Made by a program: the position numbers and the translations under genes. This document shows, piece by piece, positions 37,629 through 46,410 of a stretch of 64,000 bases of DNA (the first letter of the stretch is position 1; each line of letters begins with the position of its first letter). The DNA lies in contig DBDS01000002.1 in NCBI GenBank assembly GCA_002293685.1, forward strand, positions 31,742 through 95,741, given 5' to 3'. Source of the DNA: Patescibacteria group bacterium UBA926 (GTDB lineage Bacteria > Patescibacteriota > Doudnabacteria > UBA920). The notes beneath the pieces were generated by a model that was not told the DNA's origin, searched no databases, and saw only the letters and a list, made by a program, of their open reading frames with translations.

Positions 37629-37653
37629 AAAAAAATGTGGCTACTCACCACAT
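37629..37653 (-). terminator. Putative intrinsic terminator/attenuator between rpsJ and rplC
   Basis: Minus strand reads atgtgg-tgagtag-ccacat-TTTTTT. Confidence 0.5.
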
Positions 37654-37764
37654 AAAAACAAGTCATAAGGCCGGAGGCCATGCTTTGCTTATATTTGGCG
37701 AATAGTTATCTGAATCGCCAAGCTTTTTGGGCTTTTGCGGTTCAGAACCAACTCACTCTAGTAT

Positions 37765-38088
37765 TTAACTCATTTTAATTTCTACATCAACCCCAGCTGG
37801 AAGGCTTAAGTTGGTGAGAGAATCGATGGTTTTAGGCGTAGCTTCTGTGATATCGATCATACGCTTGTGTGTGCGCATTTCGAACTGTTCACGGCTATCT
37901 TTGTGCACGAAAGTTGAACGCAATACAGTGTATTTGCGCTTCGCGGTCGGCAAAGGAACTGGTCCCGAAATGGTTGCCCCAGTGCGCTTAGCTGTTTCAA
38001 CGATCTGCTTTGCGCTTTGATCAATTAACTTGTGATCGTACGCGCGGATCTTGATGCGAATTTTCGGCTTGTGTTCGCCTTTTTCCAT
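37765..38088 (-). CDS. rpsJ: 30S ribosomal protein uS10
   Basis: [38 protein letters not shown]. Confidence 0.98.
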   Translation of the reverse strand: MEKGEHKPKIRIKIRAYDHKLIDQSAKQIVETAKRTGATISGPVPLPTAKRKYTVLRSTFVHKDSREQFEMRTHKRMIDITEATPKTIDSLTNLSLPAGVDVEIKMS

Positions 38089-38180
38089 AAAATGAATTGA
38101 CAATATGCTTGTTTCTCGCTTATTTATGCGTTAAACAGCAATTAAAATTGCTTAGCTACTTAGCTAGCAAACTAAGACCA

Positions 38181-38209
38181 ATTTTATCTGATATTTCAAC
38201 TAATGTCAA
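38181..38209 (-). promoter_or_regulatory. Promoter of the S10 operon
   Basis: TTGACA-17bp-TAAAAT upstream of rpsJ. Confidence 0.7.
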
Positions 38210-38245
38210 ATGTTTTTTAAAGAAAATCGTTGTTTTTGTATAGGT

Positions 38246-38274
38246 TTGACAAAAAGTGCTATAAATAGTATAAT
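38246..38274 (+). promoter_or_regulatory. Perfect sigma70 consensus promoter, divergent from the S10 promoter
   Basis: TTGACA-17bp-TATAAT. Confidence 0.8.
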
Positions 38275-38308
38275 GTGTAAAGTAAATTTCAGTATCTATG
38301 GAGGATAT

Positions 38309-38734
38309 ATGTTGAAAAGTATCGTATTTGGAGGCATGAGCAGCCAAGAGTTTGTAATCGTCTACACTATTATGAATTCAAGATGTGTCTTTACACAAGC
38401 TGTGCCGCGCAACAATTGCATTACCATAAATTGGGCCGAAGAAATTATCGGAGAGATTATGGATAACGAAAAGCGTAGATATGACCGATTTTATAACTTA
38501 CTGATTATCAGGAAGCATCGGCCATTCGTACCTGTTCACGAGTCAAGGCCTCATCTGGAGTTTTGCGAAGTGATTAGCAAGCTTGAAGATAAGCCCGATC
38601 ATTCCACTGATTTCAAACACACCCGATTCCCCGATCAACTTCGCGAAGTTTTCAATGGGTTGATACCGAATAACGTGAAGCAGAAATCAAAGATGGTCGC
38701 TTCAGGATTCGGACAAAAGATCCATTCTTGGTAA
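38309..38734 (+). CDS. Orphan protein (141 aa), antisense between tuf and rpsJ
   Basis: Consensus promoter, GGAGG SD before ATG 38309, own terminator at 38768-38791. Confidence 0.7.
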   Translation: MLKSIVFGGMSSQEFVIVYTIMNSRCVFTQAVPRNNCITINWAEEIIGEIMDNEKRRYDRFYNLLIIRKHRPFVPVHESRPHLEFCEVISKLEDKPDHSTDFKHTRFPDQLREVFNGLIPNNVKQKSKMVASGFGQKIHSW

Positions 38735-38767
38735 ATTTCAGGATTTCCTCAACGATAACTAATTAGA

Positions 38768-38833
38768 AGAGCCGCTCCCCGGCTCTTTTTTATTATCCCA
38801 ACAAAAAACTCCCCAATTTCTGGGGGAGTTTTT
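38768..38833. terminator. Back-to-back terminators (orphan gene on plus; tuf on minus)
   Basis: agagccg/cggctct + T6; aaaaaactcccc/ggggagttttt. Confidence 0.8.
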
Positions 38834-38834
38834 A

Positions 38835-38862
38835 AGATCCTTCGGCTTCGCCTCAGGATGAC
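38835..38862. repeat. Family A half-element just after the tuf stop
   Basis: agatccttcggcttcgcctcaggatgac. Confidence 0.7.
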
Positions 38863-38866
38863 ATAG

Positions 38867-40048
38867 TTATTTGTTGATTTTAACAACAACACCTGCACCT
38901 ACAGTTCGGCCACCTTCACGGATAGCGAACTTACCTTTTTCTTCCAAAGCGATCGGAGTGATCAACTTTACGTCGATGGTAACGGTGTCACCAGGCATAA
39001 CCATTTCTTGGCCTTCTGGCAAGATTACTTCACCAGTCACGTCGGTTGTACGAACGTAGAACTGTGGCTTGTAACCCTTGAAGAATGGAGTGTGACGTCC
39101 ACCTTCTTCTTTGGTCAAGATGTAAACTTCAGCAGAGAACTCAGTGTGAGGAGTGATAGAACCAGGCTTAGCCAAAACTTGGCCGCGCTCAACTTCTTCT
39201 TTCTTAACACCACGGAGCAATAGACCAGCGTTGTCACCAGCCATACCCTTGTCGAGCTGCTTGTTGAACATTTCAACACCAGTTACAACGGTCTTTGAAG
39301 TAGGTTTGATACCAACAATTTCAACTTCTTCGTTGATATTGATAACACCACGTTCGATACGACCTGTAACTACAGTACCGCGACCTTCAATTGTGAAGAT
39401 ATCTTCGATAGGCATTAAGAAAGGCTTATCGGTTTCGCGGGTTGGTTCAGGGATGAAAGTATCCAATGCTTCTACAAGCTTAAGGATAGTTTCTTCGTTT
39501 GCAGCATCTCCTTCGAGAGCTTTCAACGCAGAACCACGGATGATAGGAGTTTCAGCTCCTGGGAATTCGTACTTGCTTAGAAGATCACGAATTTCTTCTT
39601 CCACAAGATCCAAAAGTTCTGGATCGGAAACTTGGTCTACCTTGTTCATGTAAACAACGATAGAAGGTACACCTACCTGACGAGCGAGCAAGATGTGTTC
39701 GCGAGTCTGAGGCATAGGACCGTCTGCAGCTGATACTACAAGAATCGCACCATCCATTTGAGCAGCACCGGTAATCATGTTTTTGATGTAGTCGGCGTGA
39801 CCTGGACAGTCAACGTGAGCGTAGTGACGCTTGTCGGATTCGTATTCGCTGTGTGAGGTATTAATAGTAATACCACGAGCTTTTTCTTCTGGCGCGTTGT
39901 CGATTTGGTCGTAAGCCTTAGCTTTTGCCTTACCAGACTTCGCAAGCACAGTAGTGATAGCAGCGGTCAAAGTTGTCTTACCATGGTCAACGTGGCCGAT
40001 GGTTCCCACATTCAAATGGGGCTTTGAGCGATCAAATTGTTCTGCCAT
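38867..40048 (-). CDS. tuf: Elongation factor Tu
   Basis: [27 protein letters not shown]. Confidence 0.99.
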   Translation of the reverse strand: MAEQFDRSKPHLNVGTIGHVDHGKTTLTAAITTVLAKSGKAKAKAYDQIDNAPEEKARGITINTSHSEYESDKRHYAHVDCPGHADYIKNMITGAAQMDGAILVVSAADGPMPQTREHILLARQVGVPSIVVYMNKVDQVSDPELLDLVEEEIRDLLSKYEFPGAETPIIRGSALKALEGDAANEETILKLVEALDTFIPEPTRETDKPFLMPIEDIFTIEGRGTVVTGRIERGVININEEVEIVGIKPTSKTVVTGVEMFNKQLDKGMAGDNAGLLLRGVKKEEVERGQVLAKPGSITPHTEFSAEVYILTKEEGGRHTPFFKGYKPQFYVRTTDVTGEVILPEGQEMVMPGDTVTIDVKLITPIALEEKGKFAIREGGRTVGAGVVVKINK

Positions 40049-40207
40049 TTGATGCCTTTCGAGCTATAAAAAGTTTTCAATTCTTGTCCCGAGATACCCT
40101 CGCTCCTTCCCCTATCGATGCGAGGAAAAAGAGAGGGTTTCTCTTTTTTTCACGTAGGAATCCAGAAACAAAAAGAGGTGAATTTATAGCGGTTAATTAT
40201 TATTTAC

Positions 40208-40433
40208 CGTTATGTGCCGAAGTCGTTTGGCCAAGTTCGATACGAGCTTACTCGGGCCAAGCCCGAGTATCGCAAGCAGGAAAAAGTTGAGCAAGTTGCG
40301 AGCCGTACTAATAGTACGGTGAGCGACTAGCGGAAACTTTTGACAAAGAAATTGGGCAAACCCGGAGGGCGAGTTTGATTGAAAGTCTGAATTTACTTCA
40401 GACTGAGATCAAACGAGCGACGAGGTACATACG
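40208..40433 (+). repeat. Family B structured element (long form) upstream of tuf
   Basis: Core GAGCCGTAC..GTACGGTGAG and the gaaagtctgaatttacttcagactga module shared with the copies at 27770 and 29116. Confidence 0.85.
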
Positions 40434-40564
40434 ATTATAAAATTGGCGGCCGCAAAGCGCGCCAATCAATAAGTATTCTAAGTCTTTTTACGTATCGCGT
40501 CAAGTTGCCAACCAGCCGGAAACGTGCCACAATGTAGGCATCATACACATAGGGGGTATTATAT

Positions 40565-40834
40565 ATGCCATACCGAACCTTGAAGGTGCATTGGATTCAA
40601 TATTTAAACGAAGAGAAGGTGTCTGATCTTTATTCATACCACTCTTCGCCAGAAACTTTTGAATTCTTTCGCATGAGATTCCTGAGAGAAAATAGAACCA
40701 AACAATCACCGTACCAATATTCCATTGGTTTGACAGGTTGGGTTCTGGTCTCTGATACTAAGGGCACAGCAATAAAAAATTCCATCTTTGGAATTTGGCA
40801 TGTTGATGACATGGAGGTGAAGCAGTCTGTTTAA
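40565..40834 (+). CDS. Orphan protein (89 aa), divergent from tuf
   Basis: AGGGGGT SD-like sequence; stop lies in the terminator aagcagtctgtt/aacagactgctt-T run. Confidence 0.5.
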   Translation: MPYRTLKVHWIQYLNEEKVSDLYSYHSSPETFEFFRMRFLRENRTKQSPYQYSIGLTGWVLVSDTKGTAIKNSIFGIWHVDDMEVKQSV

Positions 40835-40856
40835 CAGACTGCTTTTTCTTTTTACA

Positions 40857-41249
40857 TTAAACCTTAAGTCGAATTAACTTACCTTTGCGTTTGACAATGT
40901 TTTTATAATCCCATTGGACTGTCTTTGATTCTTTCAACCAAAGTCTTAAATCCTTTAATTTGATTTCATCTGCTGAAGTGTAATTTTTTTGAGCAGCTTT
41001 AAAGCTTCCTTCTTTTTCTAGACCTTTGGCTTTAAAAGATTGCCCACTCCAGAATAATAATGTTACCCCAACTTTTCTTTTGGAATATCCAGCGACTGGA
41101 TTTCCTTCGATAAACCAAACTGGGCCGCCGTGCCAAAGTTTGCTTTCTGCTTTTTTGAGAGACTTATCGATTTCTTCGGCTAACTTTTTACTAATAGCTT
41201 TGTCTTCGCCTTTGAGCGCGTTGTTATATTTTTGAATGTCTTTGTGCAT
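40857..41249 (-). CDS. DUF1801 (YdhG-like) protein
   Basis: AESKLWHGGPVWFIEGNPVAGY, LLFWSGQSF, QWDYKNIVKRKG; start corrected to 41249. Confidence 0.85.
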   Translation of the reverse strand: MHKDIQKYNNALKGEDKAISKKLAEEIDKSLKKAESKLWHGGPVWFIEGNPVAGYSKRKVGVTLLFWSGQSFKAKGLEKEGSFKAAQKNYTSADEIKLKDLRLWLKESKTVQWDYKNIVKRKGKLIRLKV

Positions 41250-41253
41250 AGAT

Positions 41254-41694
41254 TTAAATATCATCAAAGTTTGGTTTGATTTCTTCGTCGTCCATTGAGA
41301 CGCGCGGCGCTCCCAAACGACCATAATTTGGATCCATCACTTCTTCGCGCGGATCGTAATCAATTTCTTCAATGCGAGATGCTGCGGGATGAGACACAAA
41401 TAAATTCCGCGCTCTATCTTGAAGAATCTGGCCGATTGGCTCAGGCATTTTAATTGGCCCACCGATTGTCTCTAAATTACTCTCTCCCAAATCCATATTC
41501 TCACGGAGTTGAGCTTCAAGAATTTCGCGATTGATTTTTTCTCTATCAACTTCTTCGACCTGTGGTTTTTCGGAACCACTCATTTTTCGATACTCTGCCT
41601 CACCAAGAAAAACACCTTTCACTTCCCCTTCACCATTAACAATCACCACTTTCCCCTGCTGGCCTGCTAAATTGATTAAGTCTTTGAGATTCAT
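41254..41694 (-). CDS. Hypothetical protein
   Basis: 146-aa ORF; GKVVIV..GE N-terminus, acidic tail. Confidence 0.75.
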   Translation of the reverse strand: MNLKDLINLAGQQGKVVIVNGEGEVKGVFLGEAEYRKMSGSEKPQVEEVDREKINREILEAQLRENMDLGESNLETIGGPIKMPEPIGQILQDRARNLFVSHPAASRIEEIDYDPREEVMDPNYGRLGAPRVSMDDEEIKPNFDDI

Positions 41695-41747
41695 AATCGC
41701 ATCTTAGCACAAAAAAACCACCTTTTAGAAGATGGTCTTATTATTTA

Positions 41748-42968
41748 TTACATTTTGAGCTCAAACACCCTAACGGTAAAGCTTCCATCAATCATCTCAG
41801 TTCCCACGCATCGGATGAATTTGGTCAAAGGTACTACTGCACAAGCTCGAAATTCTCCACCAAATTCGAATGACTCTCGCCATGTCGCGCCACCATTTTC
41901 AGAAACTATAATACCGCCACCCTGTTCACCAATAAATACAGCGTTACCACCAGATGCGTAAATCAAACCATTATCCACGGGCAAGACATGTCTAATTGGC
42001 CATTTGGGTTCAGCTAATCTCTGTCCCCAGGTTGCTCCACCATCTGTAGTTTTATATATCCAGCCCTGTGATTCTGGAAAGATCATTCCTCCAGCTACGA
42101 AGCCTGTATTGTTGTCCAAAAACTGAACCGATCCATCAAATATTGGGTCAATTGATTCACGACACGACCAACCAAAACCGTTATTATTGCTAGTACAAAA
42201 ATTTATCCCTGCTAAATGTGCAGTTGTACCAATAAAACTGGATTGATGACCAAACCAACCATCTTGGTTAGGGTGAGGTTCAACTCGACGCAACTCGCTC
42301 GAACCACGACCATAAAATACCGAAGGGACTCCATCCACCACACTCATAGCTGGGCTGATTACATTACTACCATTCCCTACCACATCCATTAGCCAATCTT
42401 CATTAGACAATATTGACTTAGGGTTCCAGATTATACCACCATCATAAGAGCTATAAATGAATCCCTGTGAGGCATCAGAAGCATTGCTATAACCAGAAAC
42501 CATTAAGTGATTTCCAGGACCGAGGTATAATCCTGAAAAGAATTCGGGTGGATTATTGGTAGCTGTCCAAGAAACAATCCATGTACGTCCTCCATCAAGA
42601 GTCCGGTAAATATTTTTCTCAGTCAATAAGTAACCTCTATTTTGATCAACGAATACTATTCTTTGCGCAAAATTATCGCTTATACTGCTAATTAATTCCC
42701 AATCATCTTCACCCTTCTCAATATCAAGAGCTGGTACTTGAACGGCTCTCAAAGCACTCAGGTCTCTAAAAGCAGAAGCCTTCTGACCACCAGCAACACT
42801 AGCTGGGAAGATGGCCGTCACCACTTCCTCATCACCACCTTTTTGCGAAGCTGAACTCAATAATCCTCGCAAAGTGCCATTCTCAGCCAAAATCATGGTT
42901 GATACTAATACCAACACTGCCACACCAGCCAGGATAAAGGGTGATTTATTTTGTCGTTTTTGTTTCAT
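41748..42968 (-). CDS. Exported BNR/Asp-box (YCF48-like) beta-propeller protein
   Basis: Repeated T.DGG.TW and S.DGG..W boxes; N-terminal TM/signal. Confidence 0.85.
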   Translation of the reverse strand: MKQKRQNKSPFILAGVAVLVLVSTMILAENGTLRGLLSSASQKGGDEEVVTAIFPASVAGGQKASAFRDLSALRAVQVPALDIEKGEDDWELISSISDNFAQRIVFVDQNRGYLLTEKNIYRTLDGGRTWIVSWTATNNPPEFFSGLYLGPGNHLMVSGYSNASDASQGFIYSSYDGGIIWNPKSILSNEDWLMDVVGNGSNVISPAMSVVDGVPSVFYGRGSSELRRVEPHPNQDGWFGHQSSFIGTTAHLAGINFCTSNNNGFGWSCRESIDPIFDGSVQFLDNNTGFVAGGMIFPESQGWIYKTTDGGATWGQRLAEPKWPIRHVLPVDNGLIYASGGNAVFIGEQGGGIIVSENGGATWRESFEFGGEFRACAVVPLTKFIRCVGTEMIDGSFTVRVFELKM

Positions 42969-43053
42969 AAATATTGCTCAATTAAGATAAGTATAACATA
43001 AAACCGCCCTTTCGAGCGGTTTTTTATTTAGGTCCAAGTTTACAAGCACAGAG

Positions 43054-43896
43054 TTATTTAGATTTTTTCTGTATAAAAGTAATCTGTTCTGAACCGTCTT
43101 TTCTATCTAATCGATATATTTCCAATAGACCGTTTTCTCTTATTTCCACTAACTCGCCGAAATTACTTGTCAGGTTAAAAACTTGTCCGTTTTCTGGTTT
43201 TGTAATTTTGGGAGGTGGAATTATACCATCCGTATGATCTATATATTTCGCCATCATATTTGTTAAATCTGTAACATCAGGGTCCTGCTGACGCTTGATT
43301 TGGGTTTGATCACTTTGCCATGTCATATATTTCATACAGCTGTCAGTGCCATCCTTATACCTATAATCCAAACCTGAAGACCATCCCATATATTGACAAA
43401 GTAGCTTATTTCTCCAAAAGACATTACCGAAAACTGATGTTTTATCAAAGAGCGCACCATCATTAAAGATGAAAAGTGCATCAGTGATGTGCCCAGAATC
43501 AGGGATATGGCCGTAAGTCCCTAAGGCTAACACACCATAATCGGGATCATTAATTGTACAAAAATTCATGTATCCAACATATATAAAACACTCTTCAGAC
43601 TCATCCCCTGGCACAATACTAAAATTTAAAGCTCCGTTACTTTCCCAATTAGCTATTGCTCTAGTAAAATGTATGTCCCAACCTCTGGAAGCGCTATCTA
43701 AAAGTGCAACCTGGCCATGAGCCCAATGCGGTGATGGTTCTTCATTGGCACTTGAGCTTAATGGTTGCGGTGCATAAGAACTGTAATAGCGAACGTAGAC
43801 TAAACCTGCGGCGGCAGTTATCACGAATAGAGCAAGTAATAAATTGATTCTGTGCTTGGAATTCCATTTTTTTAGGAACTTTGACATATTTTTCAT
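43054..43896 (-). CDS. Exported matrixin/zincin-like fold protein lacking the Zn ligands
   Basis: N-terminal TM; CQYMGWSSGLD..SCM at the position of a (H/Q)ExGHxxGLxH..SxM motif. Confidence 0.6.
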   Translation of the reverse strand: MKNMSKFLKKWNSKHRINLLLALFVITAAAGLVYVRYYSSYAPQPLSSSANEEPSPHWAHGQVALLDSASRGWDIHFTRAIANWESNGALNFSIVPGDESEECFIYVGYMNFCTINDPDYGVLALGTYGHIPDSGHITDALFIFNDGALFDKTSVFGNVFWRNKLLCQYMGWSSGLDYRYKDGTDSCMKYMTWQSDQTQIKRQQDPDVTDLTNMMAKYIDHTDGIIPPPKITKPENGQVFNLTSNFGELVEIRENGLLEIYRLDRKDGSEQITFIQKKSK

Positions 43897-43960
43897 GAAT
43901 TATTTTAACTCACCTTAAGTATAAGTAAATGAGACTGAACGAAGAAATGACTTATCCACA

Positions 43961-43988
43961 AAAAAAACCGCCCCGAAGGGCGGTTTTT
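43961..43988. terminator. Intrinsic terminator after fusA (bidirectional form)
   Basis: A7-ccgccc-cgaa-gggcgg-T5. Confidence 0.85.
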
Positions 43989-43999
43989 ATAAACAGATA

Positions 44000-46123
44000 T
44001 TATTGCCCCTTACGAACATTCATGCCCGCGCGAGATTCAATAATATTAGCAGCAACATTTTTTGGAACTTCTTCGTAGTGATCGAATTCCATAATAGAAG
44101 ATGCTTGACCTTGGGTCATAGAGCGAAGTTGTGTCGCGTAACCAAACATTTCGGCTAGCGGTACAAAGGCAGTCACAACTTTGCGACCAGTGATATCTTC
44201 CATATCTTGTACTTTCGCGCGCTTAGAGTTCAAGTCACCGATAACGTCTCCCATGTTCGCTTCTGGGGTAGTTACTACAACTTTCATCACCGGTTCAAGT
44301 AGTACAGGATCACCTTTCTTGACGGCTTCTTGTAAACACTTGGATGCAGCAATTTTGAAAGCCATTTCCGAAGAGTCAACTTCGTGATAGCTACCATCAT
44401 AAACAGCAGCTCGGAAGTCTACTAATGGGTAACCAGCGATCACACCGTTAGCAGCAGATTCTTGAATACCTTTATCAATTGGCTTGATGTATTCTTTTGG
44501 AATTACACCACCCACAATCTCATCAACGAATTCATAACCCTTACCTTGTTCAAGAGGTTCAACACGCAAGTAAACGTGACCATATTGACCGCGTCCACCA
44601 GACTGACGAATATACTTTACTTCTGCTGTTGCAGTTTTCTTGAAAGATTCTTTGTAAGCAACTTCTGGCTTACCAACGTTCGCTTCAACTTTGAATTCTC
44701 GCTTCATACGATCGACAAGAATTTCCAAGTGAAGCTCGCCCATACCAGCAATAATAGTTTGCTGAGTTTCATCGTTGGAAGAAACTTTGAAAGTTGGATC
44801 TTCTTCCGCAAGCTTTTGCATCGCGATACCCATTTTTTCTTGGTCCGCTTTAGTCTTCGGTTCAATCGCCATCGAAATAACTGGATCAGCGAATTTAATC
44901 TTTTCTAATTCGATTGGAGAGTTCTCGGCACAAAGAGTGTCGGCTGTGATTGTGTCCTTTGGACCAACCAACGCACAAATGTCTCCGGCGAAAACCTCTT
45001 TTACTTCGTCACGTTGATCGGCGCGCATACGCACAATACGACCAACACGTTCACGGTTACCAGTACGACCGTTAAGTACGTAAGAACCAGCGGTCAAAGT
45101 TCCAGAGTAAACACGGAAGAAAGCAAGGCGTCCTACGAAAGGATCGGTTGCGATTTTGAAAGCAAGCGCTGTAAATGGTTCATCATCACTTGGATTGCGA
45201 AGTAGCTCTTCACCAGTTTTTGGATTGTGGCCTTTAACAGGACCCTTGTCCAAAGGAGATGGTAAGAAGTTTGTAACAGCATCGAGCAATGTGCGTACGA
45301 TAATTCCGCGACCATCACCACCGAATACAGGATAGAAGTCGCCGGATCGAGTAGCTTTACGAATGGCTTGTAAAATTTCCTCTTCGGAAAGTTCTTTACC
45401 TTCTAAGTATTTCTCCATTAACTCATCGTCAAACTCTACAATTTTTTCGATTAGTTCATGGCGGTATTTCTCGGCCTTTTCTTTCATATCAGCTGGAACT
45501 TCACCGATTGTAAATTCTTTGTCTGTGAAATCCTTATAAGTGTAAGACTTCATAGTTACTAAGTCGACAACACCAACAATGTCTTTTTCGAAACCAATCG
45601 GCAGTTGAACTGGAAAAGCGTTCTTGGTTAAGCGGTTATGAATTGAATCCAAAGACTTGTAGAAGTCGCCGCCAGTTTGGTTAATCTTATTGATGAAGCA
45701 CATGCGTGGTACGCCATACTTGTCGGCTTGGCGCCAGACAGTTTCGGATTGAGGTTCAACACCCATTTTACCGTCAAATACGGTAATCGCACCGTCGAGT
45801 ACGCGCAAAGAGCGCTCTACTTCTACTGTGAAGTCTACGTGACCTGGAGTGTCGATAATGTTGATTTTATATTCCTTGTCACCTTCAATCTTGATGTATT
45901 GAGGTTTCCAGTAACAAGTAACAGCCGCGGAAGTGATAGTGATACCACGTTCGCGTTCTTGTTCCATCCAATCGGTAACGGTTTCACCTTCGTGAACTGC
46001 ACCGATCTTGTGGATCATACCGGTGTTGTACAAAATACCTTCGGTAGTTGTAGTTTTGCCGGCGTCGATGTGAGCGATAATCCCGATATTACGGGTCGCT
46101 TCTATTGGATATTCTCTGGGCAT
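44000..46123 (-). CDS. fusA: Elongation factor G with atypical G4 and G5 motifs
   Basis: [45 protein letters not shown]; follows rpsG. Confidence 0.99.
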   Translation of the reverse strand: MPREYPIEATRNIGIIAHIDAGKTTTTEGILYNTGMIHKIGAVHEGETVTDWMEQERERGITITSAAVTCYWKPQYIKIEGDKEYKINIIDTPGHVDFTVEVERSLRVLDGAITVFDGKMGVEPQSETVWRQADKYGVPRMCFINKINQTGGDFYKSLDSIHNRLTKNAFPVQLPIGFEKDIVGVVDLVTMKSYTYKDFTDKEFTIGEVPADMKEKAEKYRHELIEKIVEFDDELMEKYLEGKELSEEEILQAIRKATRSGDFYPVFGGDGRGIIVRTLLDAVTNFLPSPLDKGPVKGHNPKTGEELLRNPSDDEPFTALAFKIATDPFVGRLAFFRVYSGTLTAGSYVLNGRTGNRERVGRIVRMRADQRDEVKEVFAGDICALVGPKDTITADTLCAENSPIELEKIKFADPVISMAIEPKTKADQEKMGIAMQKLAEEDPTFKVSSNDETQQTIIAGMGELHLEILVDRMKREFKVEANVGKPEVAYKESFKKTATAEVKYIRQSGGRGQYGHVYLRVEPLEQGKGYEFVDEIVGGVIPKEYIKPIDKGIQESAANGVIAGYPLVDFRAAVYDGSYHEVDSSEMAFKIAASKCLQEAVKKGDPVLLEPVMKVVVTTPEANMGDVIGDLNSKRAKVQDMEDITGRKVVTAFVPLAEMFGYATQLRSMTQGQASSIMEFDHYEEVPKNVAANIIESRAGMNVRKGQ

Positions 46124-46129
46124 GTTAAT

Positions 46130-46158
46130 TTGAATAAATACTAATTTTTAAATATAAT
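46130..46158 (+). promoter_or_regulatory. sigma70-like promoter for the antisense orphan
   Basis: TTGAAT-17bp-TATAAT. Confidence 0.55.
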
Positions 46159-46176
46159 TGAATTAAGGAGGTGGAG

Positions 46177-46398
46177 ATGGTACTGGTTAAAGGCAAAATT
46201 CGACAAATGGGCTCTGAGGAATGGGAATCATTCGAAGAAAGTGTCGAACCCAGGATTGATACCAAACCTGAGAACATGCGTAGACAAATGAAAATGCATT
46301 TTCATTTGGTAGATGGCGAGGAGATCGAAATCGAATCGATCATATCTCATGCTGTTATTGCGTTCAGTAATGAACCGCAAACAGAGATTAGCTTTTAG
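46177..46398 (+). CDS. Orphan acidic protein (73 aa), antisense between rpsG and fusA
   Basis: AAGGAGGTG SD before ATG 46177; hairpin agagattagc/gctggtctct + T run spanning the stop. Confidence 0.7.
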   Translation: MVLVKGKIRQMGSEEWESFEESVEPRIDTKPENMRRQMKMHFHLVDGEEIEIESIISHAVIAFSNEPQTEISF

Positions 46399-46410
46399 CT
46401 GGTCTCTTTT

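Noticed and set aside
43952-43960. Perfect DnaA box TTATCCACA
   Set aside because: A single copy next to a terminator; no box cluster, unwinding element or dnaA nearby, so not evidence for oriC.
39153-46144. Long plus-strand ORFs opposite tuf and fusA (e.g. 39153-39653, 44462-44908, 45677-46144)
   Set aside because: Antisense shadows of highly biased coding sequence with no SD, promoter or recognisable motif.
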